Positions 50,407-61,541 of a DNA stretch of 64,000 bases are shown piece after piece (position 1 is the first letter of the stretch; each line of letters begins with the position of its first letter). A model generated the notes under the pieces. The model had not been told where the DNA came from. It did no database searches and saw only the letters and a list, made by a program, of their open reading frames with translations. The stretch is taken from the NCBI GenBank assembly GCA_051313645.2, contig JBNRSN020000001.1:582738001-582802000 (forward strand), in the 5' to 3' direction. The DNA is from Centroscyllium fabricii. Its lineage: Eukaryota. A program made the translations under genes and the position numbers.

Positions 50407-52186
50407 ATGGATACCATGCTCAAGCCAGCGATGTTTGAACTGGACCCCCGAACACCAGGTGCATCAAACACTTTTACACACTGGTACAGTGTTTTCGATG
50501 CGTACCTGAGAGCGAACGCAGCGGTCGTCGTGACCGAAGAGGACAAACGACGGCTCCTCAACGCCCGGGTGGGCCCTCAGGTGTACTCCATGATAGTGGA
50601 AGCATCATCATACTTGGATGCTATCAGGATCCTCAAGGCGGAGTACAACCGGGCACCCAATATCGTCCACGCCAGACATCTCCTAGCCACCAGGAAGCAC
50701 CAACCCGGTGAGTCCAGTGTGGAATTTTTAAGAGCGCTGAGAGTGCTTTCACGGGCCTGTGACTGCAGAGCGCTAACGGCCCCGATCCATGCGGACAGTC
50801 TCATTAGAGACGCATATGTGACAGGCCTCAGGTCGGACTATATAGGAGAGAGGCTGTTAGAGCAGAACGGCCTTGACCTGCAGGCAACTACGGATCTGGG
50901 ACACGCGCTGGACGTGGCCTCGCTAAATCTCTCATCTTACTCCGGCAACTGTATGGGCCCAGCCCCGCCATCTTGGACAACGCCGGCGCAACAGCCGGCG
51001 GAAGAGATGATCGCAGCCGCTCACGCGAAGACGGCTAAATGCTACTTCTGCGGGCAGTCTCAGCATCCGAGACGTAACTGCCCGGCAAGAGAAGCGGCCT
51101 GCTTGAAATGTGGAAAAAAAGGACATTACGCCAAAGTCTGTAAGGCGACCACATCAGCCCCTAAACCGAAACCGGGCAGCGCCGCGTGTGGAACATGGGA
51201 GCAGCCATATTGGACTCAACCATCCCCCACTCAGTTCCCCGCATGGCAGCAGTCGCCATATTGGACCCAGCCACCCACTCCGCAGTACACCGCATGGCGG
51301 CAGCCATCTTGGGGAACGGCCCCGGAGGACTACTCTGCGGATCAAGAGGAATCGGCTGACCCAATCTTAGCATCAGTAACTCTTGACCAGAACAAGACCC
51401 AATCACTGGGGAAATCGACGATGCCTGTGGAAGTGAACGGACAAGAAGTGGTGTGTCTCTTCGACAGTGGGAGCACGGTGAGTTTTATTCATCCCGAAAC
51501 AGTAGAGCGCCTCTCCCTTAAGGTTATACCTGCAAGCCAAAGAATTTCGATGGCTTCTAAATCGGAATCTGCGGACGTCTCCGGGCGTTGCGCAGTGGCC
51601 CTAACTGTACAGGGCGCGCACTTTGATAATTTTAGTTTTTTCGTGCTGCCGCAGCTCTGCGCTCCATTACTATTGGGTCTGGACTTCCAGTGCCATCTCC
51701 AAAGCGTTACCATGGCGTACGGTGGGCCCCTTCCCTCACTCACGGTCAGCAACCGGCGCTCAGCGCAGCACGCCCGGCGCGCTACCTGTGGCCTCTCGAC
51801 CCTTAAGGTCGCCCCTCCCTCGCTCTTTGCCAACCTCACCCCAGACTGCAAGCCCGTCGCCACCAAGAGTAGGCGCTACAGTGCTGGGGACATGGACTTT
51901 ATTAAGTCTGAGGTGCAGCGCCTCCTGAAGGAGGGGGTTATCGAGGCCAGTAATAGCCCCTGGAGGGCGCAGGTAGTGGTGGTCAAAACCGGAGCAAAGA
52001 ACCGGATGGTCGTTGACTACAGTCAGACCATAAATCGGTTCACCCAGTTAGATGCCTACCCCCTTCCCCGGATAGCGTGCATGGTGAACCAGATCGCACA
52101 GTTCAGGGTGTTCTCCACCATCGATCTCAAGTCCGCTTATCACCAGCTTCCCATCCGCCCAGAGGACCGTCTCTATACAGCCTTCG
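50407..52186 (+). pseudogene. Outer Gypsy gag-PR-RT N-terminal part (interrupted by nested element)
   Basis: Single frame with double Zn knuckle (CYFCGQSQH..C; CLKCGKKGHYAKVC), protease LFDSGS, RT RMVVDYSQTIN...IDLKSAYHQ...YTAF. Confidence 0.92.
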
Positions 52187-52377
52187 TGTCATGGGTGGAC
52201 TGTCTCTTTAAATTTCTAGATGCTTCTTTTCTGTTTATTGGCTTATTTTACCTGTTGTCATGTCTCACACCGGATTGGCCAGCTCCAATCATACAATTGA
52301 GCTAGAGCTGGATATAAGCTTTCTGCTGGCTCTTGGTCTTTGCCAGATCGTTAATTCATGTCACTTGTTTCAGTGTT

Positions 52378-53402
52378 ACATAGATACATAGATGATAGGA
52401 GCAGGAGTAGGCCATTCGGCCCTTCGAGCCTGCTCCGCCATTCAATGAGATCATGGATGATCCTTCAGTTCAGTATCCCGTCCCTGCCTTCTCTCCGTAA
52501 CCTTTAACCCCTTTTGCCTGCAGAAATATATCTAATTCCCTCTTAAATATATTTAATGAGCTGGTGTCCACTGCCCTCTGTGGCAGTGAGTTCCACAGGT
52601 TCACCACTCTCTGGGTGAAGAAATTCCTCCTCATCTCTGTCCTAAATGGTTTAGCCCTTATCCTTAAACTGTGTCCCCTAGTTCTGTACTCTCCTGCCAT
52701 CGGAAACATTCACTTTGCATCTAGTCTGTCCAGGCCTGTCAGAATTTTATATGTTTCTATGAGATCCCCTCTCAATCTTCTAAACTCCAGTGTGTACATC
52801 CCCAAACTACATAGTCTCTCCTCATAGGTCATTCCTGCCATTCCTGGTATCAGCCTGGTGAATCGCCGCTGCACTCCTTCCATGGCAAGAACATCCTTCC
52901 TCAGATGAGGCGACCAAAACTGCACACAGTACTCGAGGTGTGGTCTCACCAGTGCCCTGTACAGCTGTAGTAAGGTGTCCTTGTTCCTGTATTCTAACCC
53001 TTTTGATATGAAGGCCAGCATACCATTTGCCTTCCTGACCGCCTGTTGCACCTGCATGCTCGCCTTCAATGACTGGTGCACAAGAACACCCAGGTCTCTC
53101 TGTACTTCCCCATCTCCCAATCTATTGCCATTTAAATAATAATTTGCCCTCCCGTTTTTGCCCCCAAGGTGGATAACTTCACACTTATCCACATTATAGT
53201 GCATTTGCCATGTATCTGCCCAGTCCCCCAATTTGTCCAAATCGCTCTGGAGCTTCCTGATCTCTTCTTCTGAGCCTACCCCCCCTCCTAGTTTAGTGTC
53301 GTCTGCGAATTTGGAGATGCTGCATCCGATTCCCTGATCTAGGTCATTAATATAAATTGTGAACAGCTGGGGACCCAGGACAGATCCCTGAGGTACCCCA
53401 CT
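52378..53402 (-). mobile_element. CR1/HER1 LINE inserted into the inner 5' LTR
   Basis: Absent from the 3' LTR and flanked by TGTT. Minus strand carries GVPQGSVLGP, FADD and LQLYRALVRPHLEYCVQFWSP, with an (acatagat)n tail. Confidence 0.93.
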
Positions 53403-53827
53403 TGTTCTGTTTAGCTTTACCTGTTCCTGTTGATATTGTATTGATACCTGTTCCAGTCGTTTTGGATTATGCCTGTTCTGTCGATTTGGATTTGTGTCTG
53501 TTCCTGTTTCGTTTTGGATTATTTGCTGAACTCTGAACTAAGGATTCATCTCCTCATGAATGTGGATTTACTGGGAGTACCTCGACACTTGGTTTTTGGC
53601 CTTGTCTCTATTTTCCACCTGAACTCGGGTTTGGACTTGTGAACTACTATTTATCTGTACTCGGGATTATTGACTTGTTCATTCACTGTTTAACACTGTG
53701 GTTAAGGTCTCTGTATATATATATATTTTGGTACTTAGAAATAAAAGTATTTTATTTCTACTGGACGGACTTCCGGTGTTCTGCATTTGGGCCCTACCCG
53801 AACCCTTACAGAACGATCTGGCCAATC

Positions 53828-54796
53828 ATGGACCCAGCGGACACACCGAGACGTCTGGCACGCATCGAGGATGCCCTAGCACACCAAGGCCGGGCCTTTG
53901 GGGAAATGTTTTCCAAAATGGAGCAGCTAACCTCCGCCTGGAGGTCGCAAGCAGCGTCGGATCCGGCAGGGGCTCCTTCCACACCAGAACCGGTCTCGAC
54001 ATCGGAGTCAGCATCCATGTCTCTCCTACAAAGTCTCACACCCGAGCCCCGAGTCGGGGTACCGGAACGTTATGCCGGTGAACCGGAACAGTGCGATCCG
54101 TTTATTACCAATTGTTCTATTTTCTTTTCTTTACAACCTCGCACCTTTGCCAGCGAAAAGGCAAAGGTAGCTTTTGTTATAAATCATCTCACAGGAAGAG
54201 CTCGACTTTGGGGAACAGCCGAGTGGGAGAGGGAGACTCAGGCTTGCATTTCGTTCAGGACATTTTCCCATGAATTAAGAAGGGTTTTCGGCAAGGTAAC
54301 CTTTGGGGCTGAAGCAGCTGAGGGTCTCATGAGCATGAGCCAGGGCAATCAGGCTGTTGTTGATTACGCTATTGATTTTCGTATCAAGGCTCGTTTGAGC
54401 AATTGGAATATGGCTGCTTTGTGTGAGGTTTTTCTTCACGGACTGGCAGGTTACATCAAGGATGAATTGGTGTCACATGATCTTCCTTCCACCTTGGATG
54501 ATCTCATTAGCCTAGCCACTAGGATCGATCTACGTATCCAGGCACGTCAACGTGAGAGAAGGCTGGGAACAACGGGTCGCCATCCATCAAGGCAGGTTCA
54601 GGATGGATTCGTGGCGTCCAGAGATTCGGCTACTTCAGGGTCTGAGCCAGGGGGCCCCGAACCGATGCAGTTGGGTCGCACCGGTATCTCACCATTGGAG
54701 CGGAGGCGACGCCGCAGGGAAAATCTTTGCTTATACTGTGGTTGGGCCGGCCATTTTGTTTTTCAGTGTCCAGTAAAAGACCGGACTCACCAGTAG
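53828..54796 (+). CDS. Inner element Gag (sushi/PEG10-like, CCHC knuckle)
   Basis: Uninterrupted ORF MDPADT...[11 protein letters not shown]...GPEPMQLG...[14 protein letters not shown]. Confidence 0.9.
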   Translation: MDPADTPRRLARIEDALAHQGRAFGEMFSKMEQLTSAWRSQAASDPAGAPSTPEPVSTSESASMSLLQSLTPEPRVGVPERYAGEPEQCDPFITNCSIFFSLQPRTFASEKAKVAFVINHLTGRARLWGTAEWERETQACISFRTFSHELRRVFGKVTFGAEAAEGLMSMSQGNQAVVDYAIDFRIKARLSNWNMAALCEVFLHGLAGYIKDELVSHDLPSTLDDLISLATRIDLRIQARQRERRLGTTGRHPSRQVQDGFVASRDSATSGSEPGGPEPMQLGRTGISPLERRRRRRENLCLYCGWAGHFVFQCPVKDRTHQ

Positions 54797-57700
54797 ATGG
54801 AGTCGTACTGGTGAGCCGAACTCCGACTAGACTCTCTTCTGATTCACGACCCTTATGCCAGGCCAGACTTCTTCTTCCTTCTGGATCTCAGACGTTCGCC
54901 ATCTTCATTGACTCAGGAGCGGATGTCAATATCATAGATGAGGAGCTGGTTACACAATTAGGGATCGACCGGGTTCCACTGCCACAACCGGTTTCTGCCA
55001 ATGCTCTTGATGGCCACCTCCTGGGAACGGTGACTCATCAAACGTCACCGATTCATTTACTTCTGTCAGGAAACCATCATGAGAGTATTCGCTTTCATAT
55101 CTTAGATTCACCCCGGCTTCCTCTTATTCTGGGACACACGTGGCTTCGTCGTCACAACCCCCACATCAACTGGAACACGGGAGCCATTTTGGGCTGGAGT
55201 TCCTCCTGTCACCAGGTCTGTTTGAAGCAAGCTACCATAATCCGCCAGTCTGTCACACCTCTTCCCACTTCTGATCTTTCTGCGGTTCCCACCGATTATC
55301 ATGATTTTGGGGAGGTGTTCAGTAAGGCTAGAGCCACGTCGCTACCTCCACATCGCCCCTATGATTGTGCCATTGAATTGTTGCCAGGTTCTTCCCCACC
55401 TAGGGGGCGCCTGTATTCGTTATCAGCACCTGAGAGGGAGGCCATGGAGACCTATATCGGAGAATCGATGGCGGCGAGGATCATCCGTTCTTCTTCGTCA
55501 CCAGCGGGGGCTGGATTCTTTTTTGTAGGAAAGAAGGACGGTTCGCTCCGACCATGTATCGATTACAGGGGACTGAACGATATTACGGTCAAGAATCGGT
55601 ATCCTCTTCCTCTTATCTCTTCGGCGTTTGAGTTGCTACAGGGGGCAACCATATTTTCAAAATTGGATCTTCGCAATGCTTACCATCTGGTCCGGATACG
55701 GGAGGGCGATGAGTGGAAGACCGCCTTCAACACCCCCTCTGGACATTACGAGTATCTCGTTATGCCGTTCGGGTTGACCAACGCCCCGGCGGTATTTCAG
55801 GCCCTGGTCAATGACGTCCTTCGGGACATGCTCAATTGCTTCGTATTCGTCTATATGGATGACATCCTGATCTTTTCGAAATCTCAGGAGGAGCATGTGC
55901 ACCACGTTCAGACGGTCTTACAATGACTCTTGGAAAACTCTTTATTCGTTAAGGCTGAAAAATGTGAGTTCCATGTCTCTACCGTCTCCTTCCTGGGATA
56001 TATCATTGCGCAGGGGAGCGTGCGGATGGACCCTGAAAAGGTGACAGCTGTTACGTCTTGGCCCAGTCCAGAGACACGCAAACAATTGCAACGGTTTCTG
56101 GGCTTCGCAAATTTTTATCGTAAATTTATTCGTGGCTACAGTACGGTAGCAGCACCGTTATCGGCGCTTACCTCATCAAGGGTGCCATTCAGGTGGTCTC
56201 TCGCCGCAGAGGAGGCGTTTCAGGAACTCAGGTCCCGATTCACATCTGCTCCCATTCTCCAGGTACCTGATCCGGATCGACAGTTCATCGTGGAGGTGGA
56301 TGCATCTGATGTGGGAGTAGGAGCCATCTTATCTCAAAGGTCGATTTCTGATCAGAAACTACATCCATGTGCTTATTTCTCCAAGCGCCTGTCTCCGGCG
56401 GAGATGAATTATGATATCGGGAACCGGGAATTACTGGCGGTCAAGATGGCCTTAGAGGAGTGGCGCCATTGGCTGGAGGGGACCAAGCTGCCGTTTCTTG
56501 TTTGGACTGACCACAAGAACTTGGAGTACATACGCACGGCAAAGAGATTAAATTCACGCCAGGCTAGATGGTCTCTCTTCTTCACAAGATTCAATTTTAC
56601 TCTCTCCTACAGGCCTGGTTCCCGCAACGTCAAGCCCGATGCTCTATCCCACCTATTCCTGAAGGAGGAGGGTTCTGCTCCAGGATCGGACCTTATTTTG
56701 CCAGCTCCCTGCCTTATTGCTGCGGTCACATGGGAGATCGAGGAGAGAGTGAGAGCAGCTGTGGGGGATCAGGGTGGGCCCAGCGGTTGTCCTCCCGACC
56801 GTCTGTTTGTACCCACAAGCATTTGACCTGATGTCCTTCTGTGGGCTCATGCTTCCAAGTTTTCCTGCCATCCTGGGGCACAAAGGACCAAGGAGGTTAT
56901 TTTGCGGAGGTTCTGGTGGGACACGCTGGAGGAGGACACCCGGGAGTTCGTTAATGCCTGCCCGGTTTGTAGCCAACACAAGTCATCTCGTCGGGCTCCT
57001 GCTGGTCTTCTGCAACCTCTACCGATACCACATCGTCCTTGGTCTCACATAGCCCTGGACTTCGTCACCGGACTACCCTCATCCAAGGGATTGACCACGG
57101 TCCTGACTGTGGTAGACAGATTTAGTAAAATGGCTCATTTTATACCCCTACCAAAGCTGCCCTCTGCTAAGGAAACAGCGGAACTCATGTTGCAGCACGT
57201 GTTTCGTCTTCATGGGCTTCCGTTGGACGTGGTCTCCGATCGAGGCCCTCAATTCACATCAATATTCTGGAGGGAGTTTTGTAGTCTTATCGGGGCCACT
57301 GTCAGTCTGTCGTCGGGATTTCATCCTCAGTCCAATGGCCAGTCGGAGAGGATGAACCAAGAGATGGAGAAGGCTCTTCGGTGCATGGTCTCCAAGAATC
57401 ACTCTTCCTGGTCCCAGTTACTATTGTGGGTAGAATATGCTCACAATACGTTGACCAGCTCCGCTACCGGACTTTCGCCTTTTCAGTGCGCGTATGGATT
57501 CCAGCCTCCATTGTTTCCGGACCTGGAGAAGGAAGTATCCTGTCCGTCCGTCCAGGACTTCATTCAACGTTGTCACAGAACATGGGATCAGGCTCGGATT
57601 TCGTTGCTTCGCTCGGCGGATCGATACTCGGCTGCTGCCAACCGTCGTCGTTCTGAGGCTCCGGAGTATCGGGTTGGGCAGAAGGTTTGGCTCTCCACCA

Positions 57701-58269
57701 GGGATCTGCCTCTACAAGTCGAATCTAAGAAACTTGCTCCCCGGTTTATCGGACCCTTCGAGGTGCTGAAAATCATAAACCCTGCCGCGGTGAGACTCAA
57801 GCTCCCCAAATCCATGTGGGTCCACCCTACTTTTCACGTTTCGCACATCAAGCCTACTCGGGAGAGTGCCTTGGTACCCATTACCGCACCTCCTCCACCT
57901 CCTCGTATGCTCGACGGTGGGTTAGTCTACACGGTTCGTCGTCTACTTGACTCCCGTCGTCGAGGGAAGGGACTTCAGTACCTGGTGGACTGGGAGGGGT
58001 ATGGTCCGGAAGAGAGATCCTGGGTTCCTGCTCGTCATATTATGGACCCTCGGCTCATTTCTGAGTTTCACAGGAAACACCCCGGCCAGCCGAATAAGAA
58101 AACGGCGATCCCTAGGAAGTCTAGACAGGGTTTCGACCCCGTACCGATTCAGGAAGCCCTGGACACGGGAGTGGCATCTGATTACGAGGTGCTTGAATCG
58201 GCTGAGCAGGAGGATCCTTTTCAGTCCGATGAGGAGATGGTAGTTGACGAGGGTCCCGAGGACTGTTAG
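54727..58269 (+). pseudogene. Inner element Pol (PR-RT-RH-IN-chromodomain) in -1 frame, two in-frame TGA stops
   Basis: IDSGA, YMDD, VDASD, HHCC/DDE integrase, and chromodomain [32 protein letters not shown]. Stops at 55924-55926 and 56824-56826. Confidence 0.93.
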
Positions 58270-58980
58270 TCCCTCCTCCACACCCCTCCGCCCACCCGAT
58301 TCCGGCTGTTGGGGTTTTTTTTGGGGGGACGTCAGGAGTCGTCCCTTAAGGGGGGGTTCTGTCATGGGTGGACTGTCTCTTTAAATTTCTAGATGCTTCT
58401 TTTCTGTTTATTGGCTTATTTTACCTGTTGTCATGTCTCACACCGGATTGGCCAGCTCCAATCATACAATTGAGCTAGAGCTGGATATAAGCTTTCTGCT
58501 GGCTCTTGGTCTTTGCCAGATCGTTAATTCATGTCACTTGTTTCAGTGTTCTGTTTAGCTTTACCTGTTCCTGTTGATATTGTATTGATACCTGTTCCAG
58601 TCATTTTGGATTATACCTGTTCTGTCGATTTGGATTTGTGTCTGTTCCTGTTTCGTTTTGGATTATTTGCTGAACTCTGAACTAAGGATTCATCTCCTCA
58701 TGAATGTGGATTTACTGGGAGTGCCTCGACACTTGGTTTTTGGCCTTGTCTCTATTTTCCACCTGAACTCGGGTTTGGACTTGTGAACTACTATTTATCT
58801 GTACTCGGGATTATTGACTTGTTCATTCACTGTTTAACACTGTGGTTAAGGTCTCTGTATATATATATATTTTGGTACTTAGAAATAAGTTAATTTCCAG
58901 TAGAAATAAAAGTATTTTATTTCTACTGGACGGACTTCCGGTGTTCTGCATTTGGGCCCTACCCGAACCCTTACACTTCG

Positions 58981-61186
58981 AGGCTGATGGTCGCCTCTAC
59001 CACTTCCTTAGGGTCCCGTTTGACGTCACGAATGGGGTCTCGGTCTTCCAAAGGGAGATGGACCGAATGGTCGATCGGTACGGACTGCGAGCCACTTTCC
59101 CGTACCTCGATAACGTGACCATCTGCGGCCACGATCAGCAGGACCATGACGCCAACCTCCAGAAATTTCTCCACACCGCCAAAACACTTAATTTGACCTA
59201 TAACACCGAAAAGTGCGTGTTCAGTACCACCCGCCTGGCCATCCTCGGCAGTGTTGTGGAGAATGGGGTCATCGGTCCCGACCCGGACCGCATGCGCCCC
59301 CTCATGGAGCTCTCCCTCCCCCACTCCCCCAAGGCCCTTAAACGGTGCTTGGGTTTCTTTGCATATTACGCCCAGTGGGTCCCCAATTACGCGGACAAAG
59401 CTCGCCCACTGCTTAAATCTACCTCTTTTCCCCTGTCCGCAGAAGCCAGCTCGGCGTTCTGCGGCATTAAGAATTACATCGCAAAAGCCACGATGCACGC
59501 TGTGGACGAGTCCGTCCCATTTCAAGTAGAGAGCGATGCATCGGACTTTGCCCTGGCTGCCACCCTTAACCAGGCGGGCAGACCCGTGGCCTTCTTCTCA
59601 CGTACCCTCCAGGGCCCCGAGACCCGCCACTCCTCAGTCGAGAAGGAGGCCCAGGCCATCGTTGAAGCAGTGCGTCACTGGAAGCACTACCTGGTCGGCA
59701 AGCATTTTACTCTGTTGACTGACCAACGATCAGTCGCTTTTATGTTCAACAACAAAGAGCGGGGTAAAATCAAGAACGACAAGATATTGAGGTGGAGAAT
59801 TGAACTCTCCGCGTTTAATTATGATATCTTGTACCGGCCCGGGAAATTTAACGAACCCCCAGACGCCCTATCCCGCGGTACCTGTGCCAGCGCACAGACA
59901 GACCGCCTCCAAACCCTTCACAATGACCTCTGCCACCCGGGGGTCACCAGGTTGGTTCACTTCGTGAAGTCCCGCAACCTCCCCTACTCTATCGAAGAGG
60001 TCAAGACCCTGACCAGCAACTGCCAGGTCTGCGCGGAGTGCAAGCCGCACTTCTACCGGCCAGACCGGGCACATTTGATTAAGGCCACTCGCCCCTTTGA
60101 ACGACTCAGTGTCGATTTCAAAGGGCCCCTTCCCTCCTCCAACAGGAATGTGTACTTCCTTAATGTGATCGATGAGTACTCCCGCTTCCCCTTTGCCATC
60201 CCCTGCCCGGACATGACCTCCGCCACGGTCATCAAAGCACTCCACAGTATCTTCTCCCTGTTCGGCTACCCCAACTATATTCATAGTGACCGGTGGGCCT
60301 CTTTTATGAGTGACGAGCTGCGTCAGTTTCTGCTAGCCAAAGGCATCGCGACTAGCAGAACTACCAGCTACAACCCCCGGGGGAACGGGCAGATAGAGAG
60401 GGAGAACGCCACTGTCTGGAAGGCCATCCTGTTAGCCCTAAGGTCTAAAAACCTCCCAGTCTCCCGATGGCAGGACGTCCTCCCTGAAGCGCTCCACTCT
60501 ATCCGGTCCCTCCTGTGTACTGCCACTAATGCCACCCCTCACGAATGAATTTTTGCCTTCCCCAGGAAGTCGGCTTCCGGGACCTCGCTACCATCATGGC
60601 TGCTATCTCCGGGACCGGTCCTACTACGGAAGCACGTGAGGGGCCACAAGGCAGATCCCCTGGTCGAACGGGTCCATCTCCTGCACGCCAATCCCCAGTA
60701 TGCCTACGTGGCATACCCCGACGGGAGGGAGGACACAGTGTCCATCAAGGACCTGGCACCAGCGGGAGTCCCCAAACCCAGCCCCGCCCAGCAGCCCGCG
60801 CACCGAAGAAGCCCCGCCCAGCAGCCAGTGCACCCAAGACGCCCAGTCACGCCACCCCAGCCACCGGCGCCAAGGTACGCCCCCGGCACGTGGACCCAGT
60901 ACCCCAGTACGCCCACCCGGCACCTGCGAGCAGCACGGCATGGCCTCCAGCATGGCTCCACAGCGCACGCCCCCTAGAGTCAGACGACGAGGGAGAGAGC
61001 GCGCCTCCTACTGTCAGTATAAGGGCACCACCACCACCCAGAAACCAACTGACGACCACCGCTCGCCAACCAGCATCAGCACCATCGCTACAACCGACTC
61101 GGCCGGCCACCCCGCGTCCGCGGACACCACCAGCGGTGCGACGCTCGACAAGGGTCACCAGACCGCCGGAGCGACTTAATTTATAA
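58981..61186 (+). pseudogene. Outer Gypsy RT-RH-IN C-terminal part
   Basis: YLDN, SDASD, HPG/CQVC, DFKGP, IHSD, ERENA motifs. TGA at 60546-60548, then a frameshift before the terminal RRSTRVTRPPERLNL. Confidence 0.92.
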
Positions 61187-61541
61187 ATAAAAGAACTGTT
61201 CCTTTCACCCCGCCGGACTTTTGTTTTAAAGAAGGGGTGAATGTGATAAACCACTGTTTCTCACTGTTCTTGTTGTATATACTTACTCTGCCTGTATCGA
61301 TGTAATCGTACCTAATACCATGTTGTACATAAACCTGTTATGCGATTACCGGGACACACCCAGGTCGGCTCCGCCCACGACTCCTCCCTCCCTGGAGAGG
61401 GTACATAAGTGGCCGTCTCCCATCCCCCGGCCTTACCTGGGGACAGTCGACTAGCTGGTGTATGTCCCACTATTTAGTTAATAAAAGCCGCATTGTTTCT
61501 CTTTCTAACTACTCGTCCACGAGGTCGTTATTTCGGTCACA

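Larger units (their letters stand above)
52187..58975 (+). mobile_element. Tf1/sushi-like chromovirus LTR retrotransposon (inner); LTRs 52187-53810 (with LINE insert) and 58360-58975
   Basis: TG...CA LTRs, 5-bp TSD CTTCG, PPT aaggggggg. Removal restores the outer RT YTAF|EADGRLYHF. Confidence 0.96.
50084..61541 (+). mobile_element. Ty3/Gypsy LTR retrotransposon (outer; Mag/SURL-like gag); LTRs 50084-50383 and 61242-61541
   Basis: 300-bp TG...CA LTRs differing at 3 positions by eye, 5-bp TSD GGGCA, PPT aaagaaggggtgaa before the 3' LTR. Confidence 0.96.

Noticed and set aside
53639-58269. Domesticated PEG10/RTL-like host gene
   Set aside because: Flanked by near-identical LTRs with a TSD, and pol has two stops, so it is a recent retrotransposon copy.
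58842-58980. N-terminus of the 568-aa ORF (and C-terminus of the 634-aa ORF at 52187-52305)
   Set aside because: Read-through into the inner element's LTRs, not genuine protein sequence.
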